Source of the DNA: a virus
DNA length: 64,000 nucleotides
Reading direction: 5' to 3' (one strand)
IMG/VR virus record: IMGVR_UViG_3300045988_165047
A program made the translations under genes and the position numbers. The notes under the pieces are model-generated. The model saw only the letters and a program-made list of their open reading frames with translations. It was not told the origin of the DNA and made no database searches. Shown here piece by piece: positions 26,101 to 32,254 of this stretch (within the stretch, counting starts at the first letter, position 1; every line of letters begins with the position of its first letter).

Positions 26101-27804
26101 CGCATTGGTAGAGTTAGGAGTTACACTATTCTCCACAGCAACCTCGGGGATAGAGATAGTAACCTCACCGCTAGCGTTTGGAAGTTTCTTCTCAGCAGGT
26201 CTAGTACCTACATTAAAGCTGATAGAGCGCACAGCACCCTTAGCACCATACTTTTCCCAAGAGCTTTCTACGAAGAAGCTAGTAAGAGAAGTACCTGCGA
26301 AGCGATAATCTTCCCATACACCACTCTTAGTTTCAAAGGTTATGATTGCGCCCTTCTTTCTGTCATCGGGGTACTCGGCATCCTGCATAGCTTGGAGAGC
26401 TGTCGCTAAGGTGTAGAAACCGCTACCAAGAGGAATTTCCGTGGTGACGTTATAGAAACCGCTACCACTACCATCCCCCGAACCACCCTTAGACGCACCA
26501 AGGAGGTCAAGATGGGACCCGTTAAAAGCATAGAACTCTTGCCCTACTTGATAGAGTACTCCCTTTTTAGGTGAAGCAACAGAAGTAGAACCTGTCTCCA
26601 TCGTGACGACCTCAGAGACTTTACCGCCTGCGTTCTTTCGGAGATACACACCATCAGACGAAGGAGGAACACCTGCCTCAAGCACCGACTTACACCCTAT
26701 GATAGGAGCGGTCTTACTCTTGAGTGCCTCCATAGAGGTTAGTCTCTCATCAAGAGCGGTAAGAAGTTCCTTCGTGTTTTTGCCCACAAGGGTGAACACC
26801 CCAACAGAGTTAAACACATAGAGGTCCTCACCCATCCCATAGATAGCTTCTCTATTGGGGCGGTTGTTGTCCATATAGAAGAGGGCAGTGTCCCACTTAG
26901 CGTAGTAGTTACTATCCTTTTTAGCCGCAAATGCGTCAAGGTCTTTTAGGTAAACTACTAAGTGCCCCGAGGGAGCTTCACTCTGTAAGATATTGGGGTA
27001 CCCTCCCTCTAGAGCGGAGAAGGTATTAAACACTCTCTTGGAGGTAGTAGCAAGAAGCGAAGAGGTCTTTCCAAGAGTTTTAGTCGTCTCTTCGTGTCCC
27101 TTAGTTACGTCCTCTAAGCCCTTCTTAACCTTCTTAATCTCCTCACCCTGCCCAGACTTTAAGGTATCTACTGCCTGTGTTACTTGGTCAGTCAGTTCTC
27201 TAAGAGCTGTCGTAACAGCCGCCTGAGACATTACCGAGGACGTAGATGTTCCCTTCGTCTGAGAGATTGTAATGTTAGAAGCCGCAACGGGAATTTCCTT
27301 ATGTGACCAATAAGTAGCCCCAGCTTCTCGGTACATAATGATGAGAGCCGAAGCATCCGTAATGGTTATAGGCCTACCATCAACCCCGATGAAGTTCTTA
27401 TAGGTCCCAGCACCTGCCGCAAGAAGAGTTACAGATTTATTGCTGGGGAAATTTGGTTCGTAATTAACGTCCGTAGCAAACCCCGATACACCACCTGATA
27501 CAGAGTTCACGTAGCGTACCATATTAGCGACCTCTCGGTCAATCTTATCCATCAGAGCGATATTGTTATCTCTCTGAGTATCTCTAACCTGTTGTGCGAG
27601 AGTAGTGGCGTTATCCACATTGGTGGAACTCTCAGTAAGAGCTTCCCACAATTTCAACAGCCCCTTGTCCCCCTTAATAATGGCGAAGAGCATTTCATTG
27701 ATTTTCGTCCTCGCCTCTAATCCAGAGTCTCCCTGCTGTATTCTCTTTATATCTTGTATATCCATATTCTCAAAACAAATAAAGGGCAACCTACATTTCT
27801 GCAA
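20164..27804 (-). CDS. Giant multidomain tail fibre / host-recognition protein (2546 aa)
   Basis: Single uninterrupted ORF (alternative start at 27765, MDIQDIK). It contains beta-rich Ig-like repeats and a LamG/ConA-like lectin region (MVYLYINGVMCAG...IRAYNTFLTDDQVLSLY, about 24.3-25.0 kb). There is a possible CotH-like region (FCLKADFAESSSSHNTG...DYYVFTDMFACCDQRVKN, about 23.0-23.9 kb) and leucine-rich repeats (about 21.9-22.45 kb). Confidence 0.8.
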   Translation of the reverse strand: MQKCRLPFICFENMDIQDIKRIQQGDSGLEARTKINEMLFAIIKGDKGLLKLWEALTESSTNVDNATTLAQQVRDTQRDNNIALMDKIDREVANMVRYVNSVSGGVSGFATDVNYEPNFPSNKSVTLLAAGAGTYKNFIGVDGRPITITDASALIIMYREAGATYWSHKEIPVAASNITISQTKGTSTSSVMSQAAVTTALRELTDQVTQAVDTLKSGQGEEIKKVKKGLEDVTKGHEETTKTLGKTSSLLATTSKRVFNTFSALEGGYPNILQSEAPSGHLVVYLKDLDAFAAKKDSNYYAKWDTALFYMDNNRPNREAIYGMGEDLYVFNSVGVFTLVGKNTKELLTALDERLTSMEALKSKTAPIIGCKSVLEAGVPPSSDGVYLRKNAGGKVSEVVTMETGSTSVASPKKGVLYQVGQEFYAFNGSHLDLLGASKGGSGDGSGSGFYNVTTEIPLGSGFYTLATALQAMQDAEYPDDRKKGAIITFETKSGVWEDYRFAGTSLTSFFVESSWEKYGAKGAVRSISFNVGTRPAEKKLPNASGEVTISIPEVAVENSVTPNSTNAVQSGAVHSAIQQLKKEAVGGIKVEEEGEGADKVYRIVVNNMLGEEISTEGPITGGGGGSQSATKIVLTRVTPNLNVKAGDEVALVYSYDQINTETKDTTGNPAKAVVTITRGATSYSFESNVPAGSTQKIDATKFVGVGANNIRVRLEVGSGSDRQVASASWTVNVIQLKLTSSYSISTLTERGQSLSIPYALSGSGSKVLRCYVNGAPTEDRTITASSANGAFTIDTSRMSHGSNSVQLVAELEVLGGGTIKSNSIYFDVAVVTKGINRPIVCTRFDYADGRVYTAGQRPELVTKQFDTYTLSYAVYNPLETPTAVAVYEGDEVVASAKVSFVDNELQLRSNREGERSCKIACGDTTYTYTLQVGKTDLNLTEPTDGLKLHLSAQGRSNSDVKRDSWTYNGVTTDFRGFNFGGDGWINGALRHKGDAISVVNYKPLQQVLPTTNAFAFSIRYKCSEVVDHDAVVVSCVDSRGTGFEITPSEARLITSGNSKLAMKMASDVPYEVTFVSFPQSKSESSEYEKNNSEMVYLYINGVMCAGVQRGPTDSVYQATPMPIKIGSTKATIDVNSIRAYNTFLTDDQVLSLYILGQPKVDDLIAEYKQNDVLNSEGDISVESAPAGLRVVIITGTHSSGMPTALYAAVNNNKKTKFDVSEIFTFVKGGVPEQNFRLIGGSIALQGTSSLAYPTKNYRIYTYDSSKEKKLGQLFVGCDENGAGGTLRESGKWTFRIAKDGMPAGADVNCFCLKADFAESSSSHNTGMARLVHNTLIKAGELTPPQKHVDRKRYDKDVRTTVDGEPCLLFYRGSVDETPKFLGKFNFNNDKSTEDVFGFLGIPGYHDATWVTTKFGGKNPTECWEFLNNDYPMGSFKDSDFDAKASDGTPNWMKVFEARFPDDKGINAKYADGTLKPKYLEPLVKWVHSTDTLASGLSASAITQRKTKFKRELGDYFDIDYLCDYYVFTDMFACCDQRVKNMMMSFFYEPKRDKVLAYMIFYDNDTILGVRNDGRLRYHWDINEETIDTELSVGGKTVYAFAGHDSVLWKNLREQFPDEIKKAYLRIRAKLSNADILRMFNDEQSERFCERVFNVDSLRKYIDPKTKGVSVIRDGRVTTQTYSYLESMQGNRKSHREWFIYNRMALFDAWAATGQYTATDIAWKGNSEAGATIRAVTGRDFYLEFKREGTSMVHKKVQKGEEFVYRYTQVANIGTIFHLYGGQWITKLDLSDWGGFTNLDIPNMPVLEELIMGKEGKSYGLTEFAIRDNLPMLRKLALNGYENLPSLSLTGCSRLEEVDARGCNSLSSILFGESSAVKVVKLPNNYQTLSLVSLPNITRAGIVFGDVSRLVGLRVENCPKLSGTDLLKEILSGNNSLKYVRINIGSITGDGSELEAWYAKGLGGINADGTENVSKCKLLGNYQLTKYLDEAVFEKYRERFDELNIRQPQYTVVELDDAVATPAKLSNLDNKTGYKFGNAYKPSAHIAAILNARFPCLAKQERKSKGVMSICRLRKDTFLKYDDNEIQSNCTDAAVDLSQGDLMIYEPEYWYKGVNDVKSMKKYFCYAYGVKPDAPDATKFTLEELRSSGNELVNQKVVAGSTTKNSIVQDTSRVAYRVKVRGGKKVRVPTSGNAEGVIIVREDGGVVESYSPSTNSSYFEEGMYVVLDIPDGAEWCYFSIPNQAPRATSPDIYAVVSNTSNIVDVETDWVRHKAKLVGAFKLCSVNGKIGSGVLKDFIQSNRHVTGRNRESFETLMTSRGMEIISYEEYKNIVNLKYVRDGSITSWDHGSLTSESNWAHFMGRCLESGMSDNVRKNGTSGDWGFWKVSGISREWVGQQALKTMGYEYFDSGWWGALTGSSVSMNGDAPIFKARRENGETTLWRFVRNHETNILRVRHEKYMDIIGLTPYQFSGGSNSTFYTTGSKIWSVGDTDSPIYIGHRHHDKGLIWFEILESSNTEQAVRPMFTGEIREVKSVQEFINITDFL

Positions 27805-27831
27805 GTTACCCTTTCTTTGACATATTCAGAT

Positions 27832-28053
27832 TTAGTTCAGTGCCGTCCAGTCAGCTACGGCCTTATCAGCTGCAGTGCGAACGTAGAACTTCTTACCCGT
27901 GGTGTCAGTGTACTGAGAGCCGATAGGGAACTTTTTGATATCCTGTACAAGCTCATCGGTTGCATCACTGATTGCGCCTTCACCCGTGACTACGGAGTAG
28001 TGGCGAACCTTGTCCGCAGAGTTAAGCACTCGGAGGTTTTTTACCTTTGCCAT
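27832..28053 (-). CDS. Hypothetical small protein preceding the fibre gene
   Basis: 73 aa, preceded by the conserved leader element. Confidence 0.6.
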   Translation of the reverse strand: MAKVKNLRVLNSADKVRHYSVVTGEGAISDATDELVQDIKKFPIGSQYTDTTGKKFYVRTAADKAVADWTALN

Positions 28054-28071
28054 TGTTTATACGTTTATATT

Positions 28072-28105
28072 GTTTGTTTCAATTCACGCTCCTACGAGAG
28101 GAGCG
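28072..28105 (-). promoter_or_regulatory. Conserved 18-mer GCGTGAATTGAAACAAAC (minus sense) with adjoining stem-loop
   Basis: Plus-strand gtttgtttcaattcacgc (28072-28089) is identical to 53995-54012. The 7-bp stem cgctcct/aggagcg lies at 28087-28105. Confidence 0.5.
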
Positions 28106-28123
28106 ACAAAAGGTTGTCCGTAG

Positions 28124-28131
28124 CAAAGATA
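28124..28131 (-). promoter_or_regulatory. -7 box TATCTTTG
   Basis: Plus-strand caaagata, just downstream of the QueE stop and upstream of the conserved leader. Confidence 0.4.
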
Positions 28132-28140
28132 CGACTTATT

Positions 28141-28866
28141 TTATAATTCCCGTGGGACAACTAGTTTAGTAGCTTCCTCCTTGTACTTATCATACATAAC
28201 CGCCATCTTATGCGTCTGCATGTTTAAGTACGCCTTAATCCCGAGGGAAGAGAGAACCTCATCAGTGTGCATATATTGCATAAGAGCTTGGTAGGTAATT
28301 GCGGACCCCCAAAATACCCCAACGGCAAGATTAGTCTTGCTGTATTTAAGGTAGCTTTCTGCAAACTCCTTAAGGCTAGTTAAGTCGTCTTCGTCATCTA
28401 CCACAACTTTCACGAAGTCGTCCTCATTAAGCAGGTGGTAGTTGTTGTATTTCATTCGTAGGTTCTCCCCCGTGCTGGGAAGTTTGTAGTCTACGATGAA
28501 TGATACATTACGGAAGTGTCTGTAAGGGAGAATATCCACACAACCACTAGTCTCAATGGCTACGTGATACCCCTTAAGAGTAGCGATTCTAAGGAACTCG
28601 GAAACATCTTGGAGTAGCGGTTCCCCTCCTGTAAGACAGATAAGGTTATACCCATAAGAGTCTACTGACTCTAGAATATCCCACTCATCCATTGGGTGTC
28701 CGCTTTTACCTTCAAGTGCTTCGGGTGTATCACACAGAATACCCTTAGTTTTTAGGTAGCACCGAAGAGGGCACTTACTAAGTCTAACGAACACACAAGG
28801 CGCTCCAATCCCGAACTTGTTTACCTCGCCCATAAAGGCTGGGTAGATAGTTTGTACGTTTAGCAT
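28141..28866 (-). CDS. queE: 7-carboxy-7-deazaguanine synthase (QueE, radical SAM)
   Basis: N-terminal FMGEVNKFGIGAPCVFVRLSKCPLRC...CDTPEA aligns with the QueE cluster loop. The SAM-binding motif CLTGGEPLL is present. The Cys spacing is atypical (see findings). Confidence 0.8.
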   Translation of the reverse strand: MLNVQTIYPAFMGEVNKFGIGAPCVFVRLSKCPLRCYLKTKGILCDTPEALEGKSGHPMDEWDILESVDSYGYNLICLTGGEPLLQDVSEFLRIATLKGYHVAIETSGCVDILPYRHFRNVSFIVDYKLPSTGENLRMKYNNYHLLNEDDFVKVVVDDEDDLTSLKEFAESYLKYSKTNLAVGVFWGSAITYQALMQYMHTDEVLSSLGIKAYLNMQTHKMAVMYDKYKEEATKLVVPREL

Positions 28867-29294
28867 ACGGCTCTATATTGTTCTCTTGTTAAGTACTTCT
28901 TGAAGTTAAGAACTCTACTCTTATACACTCCCAAGAAGCACTTAACAGCTGTAATAGTAGAGTTATTATCCCCCTTCTTTAAGAGGGAGATTAGGTTCTG
29001 TTGTCTTCCGTCTATGTCGGTGGTGTCTAGGTATGCAACGATTTTACTACGTAGTCGCCCGAGGGAGAAGGCTCCCCTAATGGCTGGGTAGAAAACCTGC
29101 TTTCTGTAATAAGACATAACCTCAGCGAGTACAACAACTGCGTCCTTCTCTGATAAGCTACGTGCTCTAGTACAGATTGTGTCAATGGCTTCTCTTTCTG
29201 TCTGGAGAGTTTCATTAGCGGAACCCTCAATGACGTATTTTCCTGACTTGAACTCAACACAAGTTCCAACCAAATGTTTGGCTAAGTTATTCAT
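28860..29294 (-). CDS. Hypothetical protein embedded in the deazaguanine cluster
   Basis: 144 aa, with start/stop overlaps to both neighbours. Confidence 0.6.
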   Translation of the reverse strand: MNNLAKHLVGTCVEFKSGKYVIEGSANETLQTEREAIDTICTRARSLSEKDAVVVLAEVMSYYRKQVFYPAIRGAFSLGRLRSKIVAYLDTTDIDGRQQNLISLLKKGDNNSTITAVKCFLGVYKSRVLNFKKYLTREQYRAVC

Positions 29295-30019
29295 CGTTTC
29301 TCTTTTATTGGTTCTTTCACCTCTTCAAAGTCAGCGATTTCTGCTGAGCCTTCAAGAGACTTACTTCGTTCTGGTAATTCTGTTACCGATGGTTGGGGTA
29401 AGGAAGAAGGTCCTCCTCCGAAGAGTTTCGCTAAGATGCCTCCACCTCCCGAACTTGCAGAACCTTCTGCCTCTACACTAATACTAAGACGCTCTCTTGA
29501 GAGATTAGCCTTAGCCGCTGTTAGTCCGTTTAGGCGGTCCATTTCACTTGAGAGGTTAGCATCTGGAACACCACCATCTAGTTTTTCGTGTAGTGACGCA
29601 CGCTGAACTCTTGTGTACTGCATCTTGATGAGGTAGTCCATCATATCCTGCGGAGAGGTCGGATAACCTTCCTCCCAATCAATAGAGCAAGCACTACCTT
29701 CTTCGTAGAATGGACACTTATCTGCCACATAACAGCTGTCGCAAGACATCCCTCCAGATATACTCTCAAGAGAAACCTTATCTCGTTTTTTCGGCAGGGG
29801 AGCCGCTTCAAAGGAGGGTTCCCATACGTCCATAGGTTTCTTAAGGATGGCAGAAAGGTAATCCATCTTACACTCCTCAAAGTCATCCTCTTGTCGTAAG
29901 CAAGTTAAACACCTGGGGGCTGACCCTTTCTCATAAAAGGGGCAGAGGTGTTTGGACAACTTCTCTGGAGTGTCCGCTTCAGTAATGCTTCTAATCCTTT
30001 TTAGGATGCTTTCTTTCAT
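29291..30019 (-). CDS. Cys-rich protein with duplicated CPFYE(K/E)GSA motif
   Basis: 242 aa. Contains LCPFYEKGSAPRCLTC and CDSCYVADKCPFYEEGSAC, with a Gly/Ser-rich C-terminal part. Confidence 0.6.
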   Translation of the reverse strand: MKESILKRIRSITEADTPEKLSKHLCPFYEKGSAPRCLTCLRQEDDFEECKMDYLSAILKKPMDVWEPSFEAAPLPKKRDKVSLESISGGMSCDSCYVADKCPFYEEGSACSIDWEEGYPTSPQDMMDYLIKMQYTRVQRASLHEKLDGGVPDANLSSEMDRLNGLTAAKANLSRERLSISVEAEGSASSGGGGILAKLFGGGPSSLPQPSVTELPERSKSLEGSAEIADFEEVKEPIKEKR

Positions 30020-30992
30020 ATCTACTTACGTACTTGTTCTTGAGTTTCAGGTTTGCCATCTTTATGAACTCCTTTCGGAATCCGAGCCACCCCGTCAAGT
30101 TCATATTATTGACAGCGTATCGGTCTTCTTTCTTACCGATTACTCCTTCATAATCAACTCCTGCCGCAATAAGTTTCACTTTACGCTGTTTACGGATGCG
30201 CTCCTTCTTCTTGTAATCTAAGGTACGGAAATTCTTCCCATCGTAGTCGTAGGTAGTACCATAACGAGTACCACCAAGCCACGTTGTGGAGTCCACCGAA
30301 AAGAATGGGTATCTCTTACACAACTCAAATGCTGTCCAAGCAAATCCGTGTATTCGTGTCCCGTACTTATTCGCAATGGTGGCTACTTTATGAGCGTACT
30401 CTTTGTCACGTTGGTTTACTCCTACGTACTTATACCGCTTACAATAGTACTCTAGGTTGGTAAACTTCAAGTCGTCATTAGTTCTATGTGCAACATAGAC
30501 TATTTGCAACCCTTCGGCTTCAAGAGGTTCAAAGTATTTCTTATTCCACTTTCGTACTATCTCCTCCCCAACCACTTTATCAAGGTCAAGGTTAGCGGCT
30601 ACGAATATGTACTCCTTGTGTTTGCGCAACCAAGCTACATACTCCTCAAGGTAAGGTAGCCAAAACTCTTCCGATGTGAGTTTATCGTACTCGGGGTGGT
30701 CCTCATGAAACTGACCCATAAAGGAGAACGCTCCAGAGTCCGTCATAAAGATACCATCCTGTTCGTACACCTCTTTAAGTAACTCCTCAAAAGAGCGAAG
30801 AGACTTTCTCAGATAGTGGTAAGATACGAGGATTTCTTTTATGCCGAAGCGTCTAAGAGTTCTAGCGTCCTCAATAGAAGAAGCAGAGAAAAACACAACC
30901 GCTTTACTCCGCCTCTTATCGTATTCTAAATTCTTAGGTATCAAGGAGAGTCTGCATTTCGTTAGTGAATACCTCAGTAGAAATAGTCCCAT
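29991..30992 (-). CDS. dpdA: DpdA-like 7-deazaguanine DNA transglycosylase (TGT superfamily)
   Basis: ILVSYHYL...FMTDSGAFSF resembles the DpdA N-terminal region (LFVSH...LDSGGF). It is flanked by queC and queE. The true start may be a downstream TTG (30944) or GTG (30896), because the ATG at 30992 overlaps queC by 59 nt. Confidence 0.7.
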   Translation of the reverse strand: MGLFLLRYSLTKCRLSLIPKNLEYDKRRSKAVVFFSASSIEDARTLRRFGIKEILVSYHYLRKSLRSFEELLKEVYEQDGIFMTDSGAFSFMGQFHEDHPEYDKLTSEEFWLPYLEEYVAWLRKHKEYIFVAANLDLDKVVGEEIVRKWNKKYFEPLEAEGLQIVYVAHRTNDDLKFTNLEYYCKRYKYVGVNQRDKEYAHKVATIANKYGTRIHGFAWTAFELCKRYPFFSVDSTTWLGGTRYGTTYDYDGKNFRTLDYKKKERIRKQRKVKLIAAGVDYEGVIGKKEDRYAVNNMNLTGWLGFRKEFIKMANLKLKNKYVSRYERKHPKKD

Positions 30993-31653
30993 CAGAGATT
31001 TCTAAGAACTCTGCTAACCATTCCTTACCAGCAATTCTAGGGTCCTCGTCAAATAGCTTAGGGTCAAACATCCCGTTTACTGCGAGTGCGATGGCTTTCT
31101 GTACACACGATTTGCACTTCCCACACCCCTTAATACTATGTGCGTCATAGCATGTTCTTAGAGTTGGGATATGTGATACGTCTATGTCTCTTGAGATTGC
31201 TTCTGCGAGCATTTCCCCCTTAGTGTAGTCACGATAAGGAGTTAGGACCTTTGGGTGTACACTATCCCACGTGTCGGGAATATCTCTAAAGTAGTAGTAG
31301 TTCTGAATGAACGAAGTTAGTCCATTAAGAACATCCTCCTGCTTATCATAGTGCAGGTCATAGTGTGTCACTCCCAACAATACCTCATTAGAGAACTCAA
31401 AGGCTCTAAGTAGGTAAAAGATATTTCTCATAGGAACAATAGCATTAGCCTGTTCCAGAGATTTGAAATTGAGAGTGTGGTCCACTATAATGGAGTGTCC
31501 ATTAAGAAGACCCATACCTTTGAACTTTTCAAGTTGCTCAAGCTCTCTCTGTTCATAGCGTGCGCCCGATGCGAACATTAAGAGAGTATCTGGGGCTTCC
31601 AAGAGCCTATATAATTCAGAGTCCAACCCCGTGGAGTATAGTAGTACGCTCAT
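30934..31653 (-). CDS. queC: 7-cyano-7-deazaguanine synthase (QueC)
   Basis: PP-loop-like LLYSTGLDS at the N-terminus and the C-terminal zinc motif GCGKCKSCVQK. Confidence 0.85.
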   Translation of the reverse strand: MSVLLYSTGLDSELYRLLEAPDTLLMFASGARYEQRELEQLEKFKGMGLLNGHSIIVDHTLNFKSLEQANAIVPMRNIFYLLRAFEFSNEVLLGVTHYDLHYDKQEDVLNGLTSFIQNYYYFRDIPDTWDSVHPKVLTPYRDYTKGEMLAEAISRDIDVSHIPTLRTCYDAHSIKGCGKCKSCVQKAIALAVNGMFDPKLFDEDPRIAGKEWLAEFLEISDGTISTEVFTNEMQTLLDT

Positions 31654-31677
31654 ATTATTGTTTCCTATTTACGCAGA

Positions 31678-31701
31678 GAGGGTGGCTTTTACACCACCCT
31701 C
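31678..31701 (-). terminator. 8-bp GC stem-loop (no U-run)
   Basis: gagggtgg-cttttaca-ccaccctc, between the AK-rich ORF and the queC start. Confidence 0.35.
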
Positions 31702-31726
31702 CCTAAAATAACACATCCTGTTAGGT

Positions 31727-31850
31727 TTAGCTATTAGAGCCCGTGCCCTTAGCCTTAGCGCCCTTAGCACCCTTACCTGCTGCCTTCTTAGAGGTCTTAG
31801 CAGGCTTGGTAGCCTTCTTAGGAGCGGCTGCCTTGATCTTCTTAGCCATA
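31727..31850 (-). pseudogene. Ala/Lys-rich histone-H1-like mini-ORF split by a +1 frame change
   Basis: The ATG at 31848-31850 gives MAKKIKAAAPKKATKPA then TAA (31797-31799). The +1 frame continues KTSKKAAGKGAKGAKAKGTGSNS to the stop at 31727-31729. It has its own promoter-like box. Confidence 0.4.
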
Positions 31851-31914
31851 ATCGTATAAGATTTTTATGAACAGCGTATTATTTTATTAGCCGATTAGCT
31901 GTTAAACCGACACT

Positions 31915-31945
31915 ACAAAGATAGCAGTTTTCTTTTACTTAGCAA
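31915..31945 (-). promoter_or_regulatory. Promoter-like GTTG-N19-TATCTTTG
   Basis: The minus strand reads GGTTGCTAAGTAAAAGAAAACTGCTATCTTTG, upstream of the AK-rich mini-ORF. Confidence 0.5.
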
Positions 31946-32211
31946 CCTCGGACAATAATTTTCAGCACCACCGCTGTAATCCCGTCAGCATCCGTAAATG
32001 ATGGTCTAACATCAGATACAAGACCCTTCTTTGAAAAGTAGGTGTTACTAATAATCACTCCCTTGATTGCCTGATTGAGCGCCCCAGCCCCTACAACTCT
32101 AAGATGGATTACCCTATCGGGGTCCTCTTGGTAAATAGAATAAATGCTGGCACCCAACTTATTGGGGTCGGTAGACGACTTACACCGAATTTCCTTGTGA
32201 ACTACGTCCAT
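31939..32211 (-). CDS. SpoVS-like protein
   Basis: VVGAGALNQAIKGVIISNTYF...ITAVVLKIIV matches the SpoVS signature (GAGALNQAVKAIAIAR...TAIKLIV). 90 aa. Confidence 0.7.
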   Translation of the reverse strand: MDVVHKEIRCKSSTDPNKLGASIYSIYQEDPDRVIHLRVVGAGALNQAIKGVIISNTYFSKKGLVSDVRPSFTDADGITAVVLKIIVRGC

Positions 32212-32254
32212 ACTTCTTTCATAGTTTAATCGCCAACCAAGTAACTTTGCCTAG

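Noticed and set aside
20164-27804. A diversity-generating retroelement acting on the giant fibre C-terminus.
   Set aside because: No reverse transcriptase gene and no template/variable repeat pair were seen in the window.
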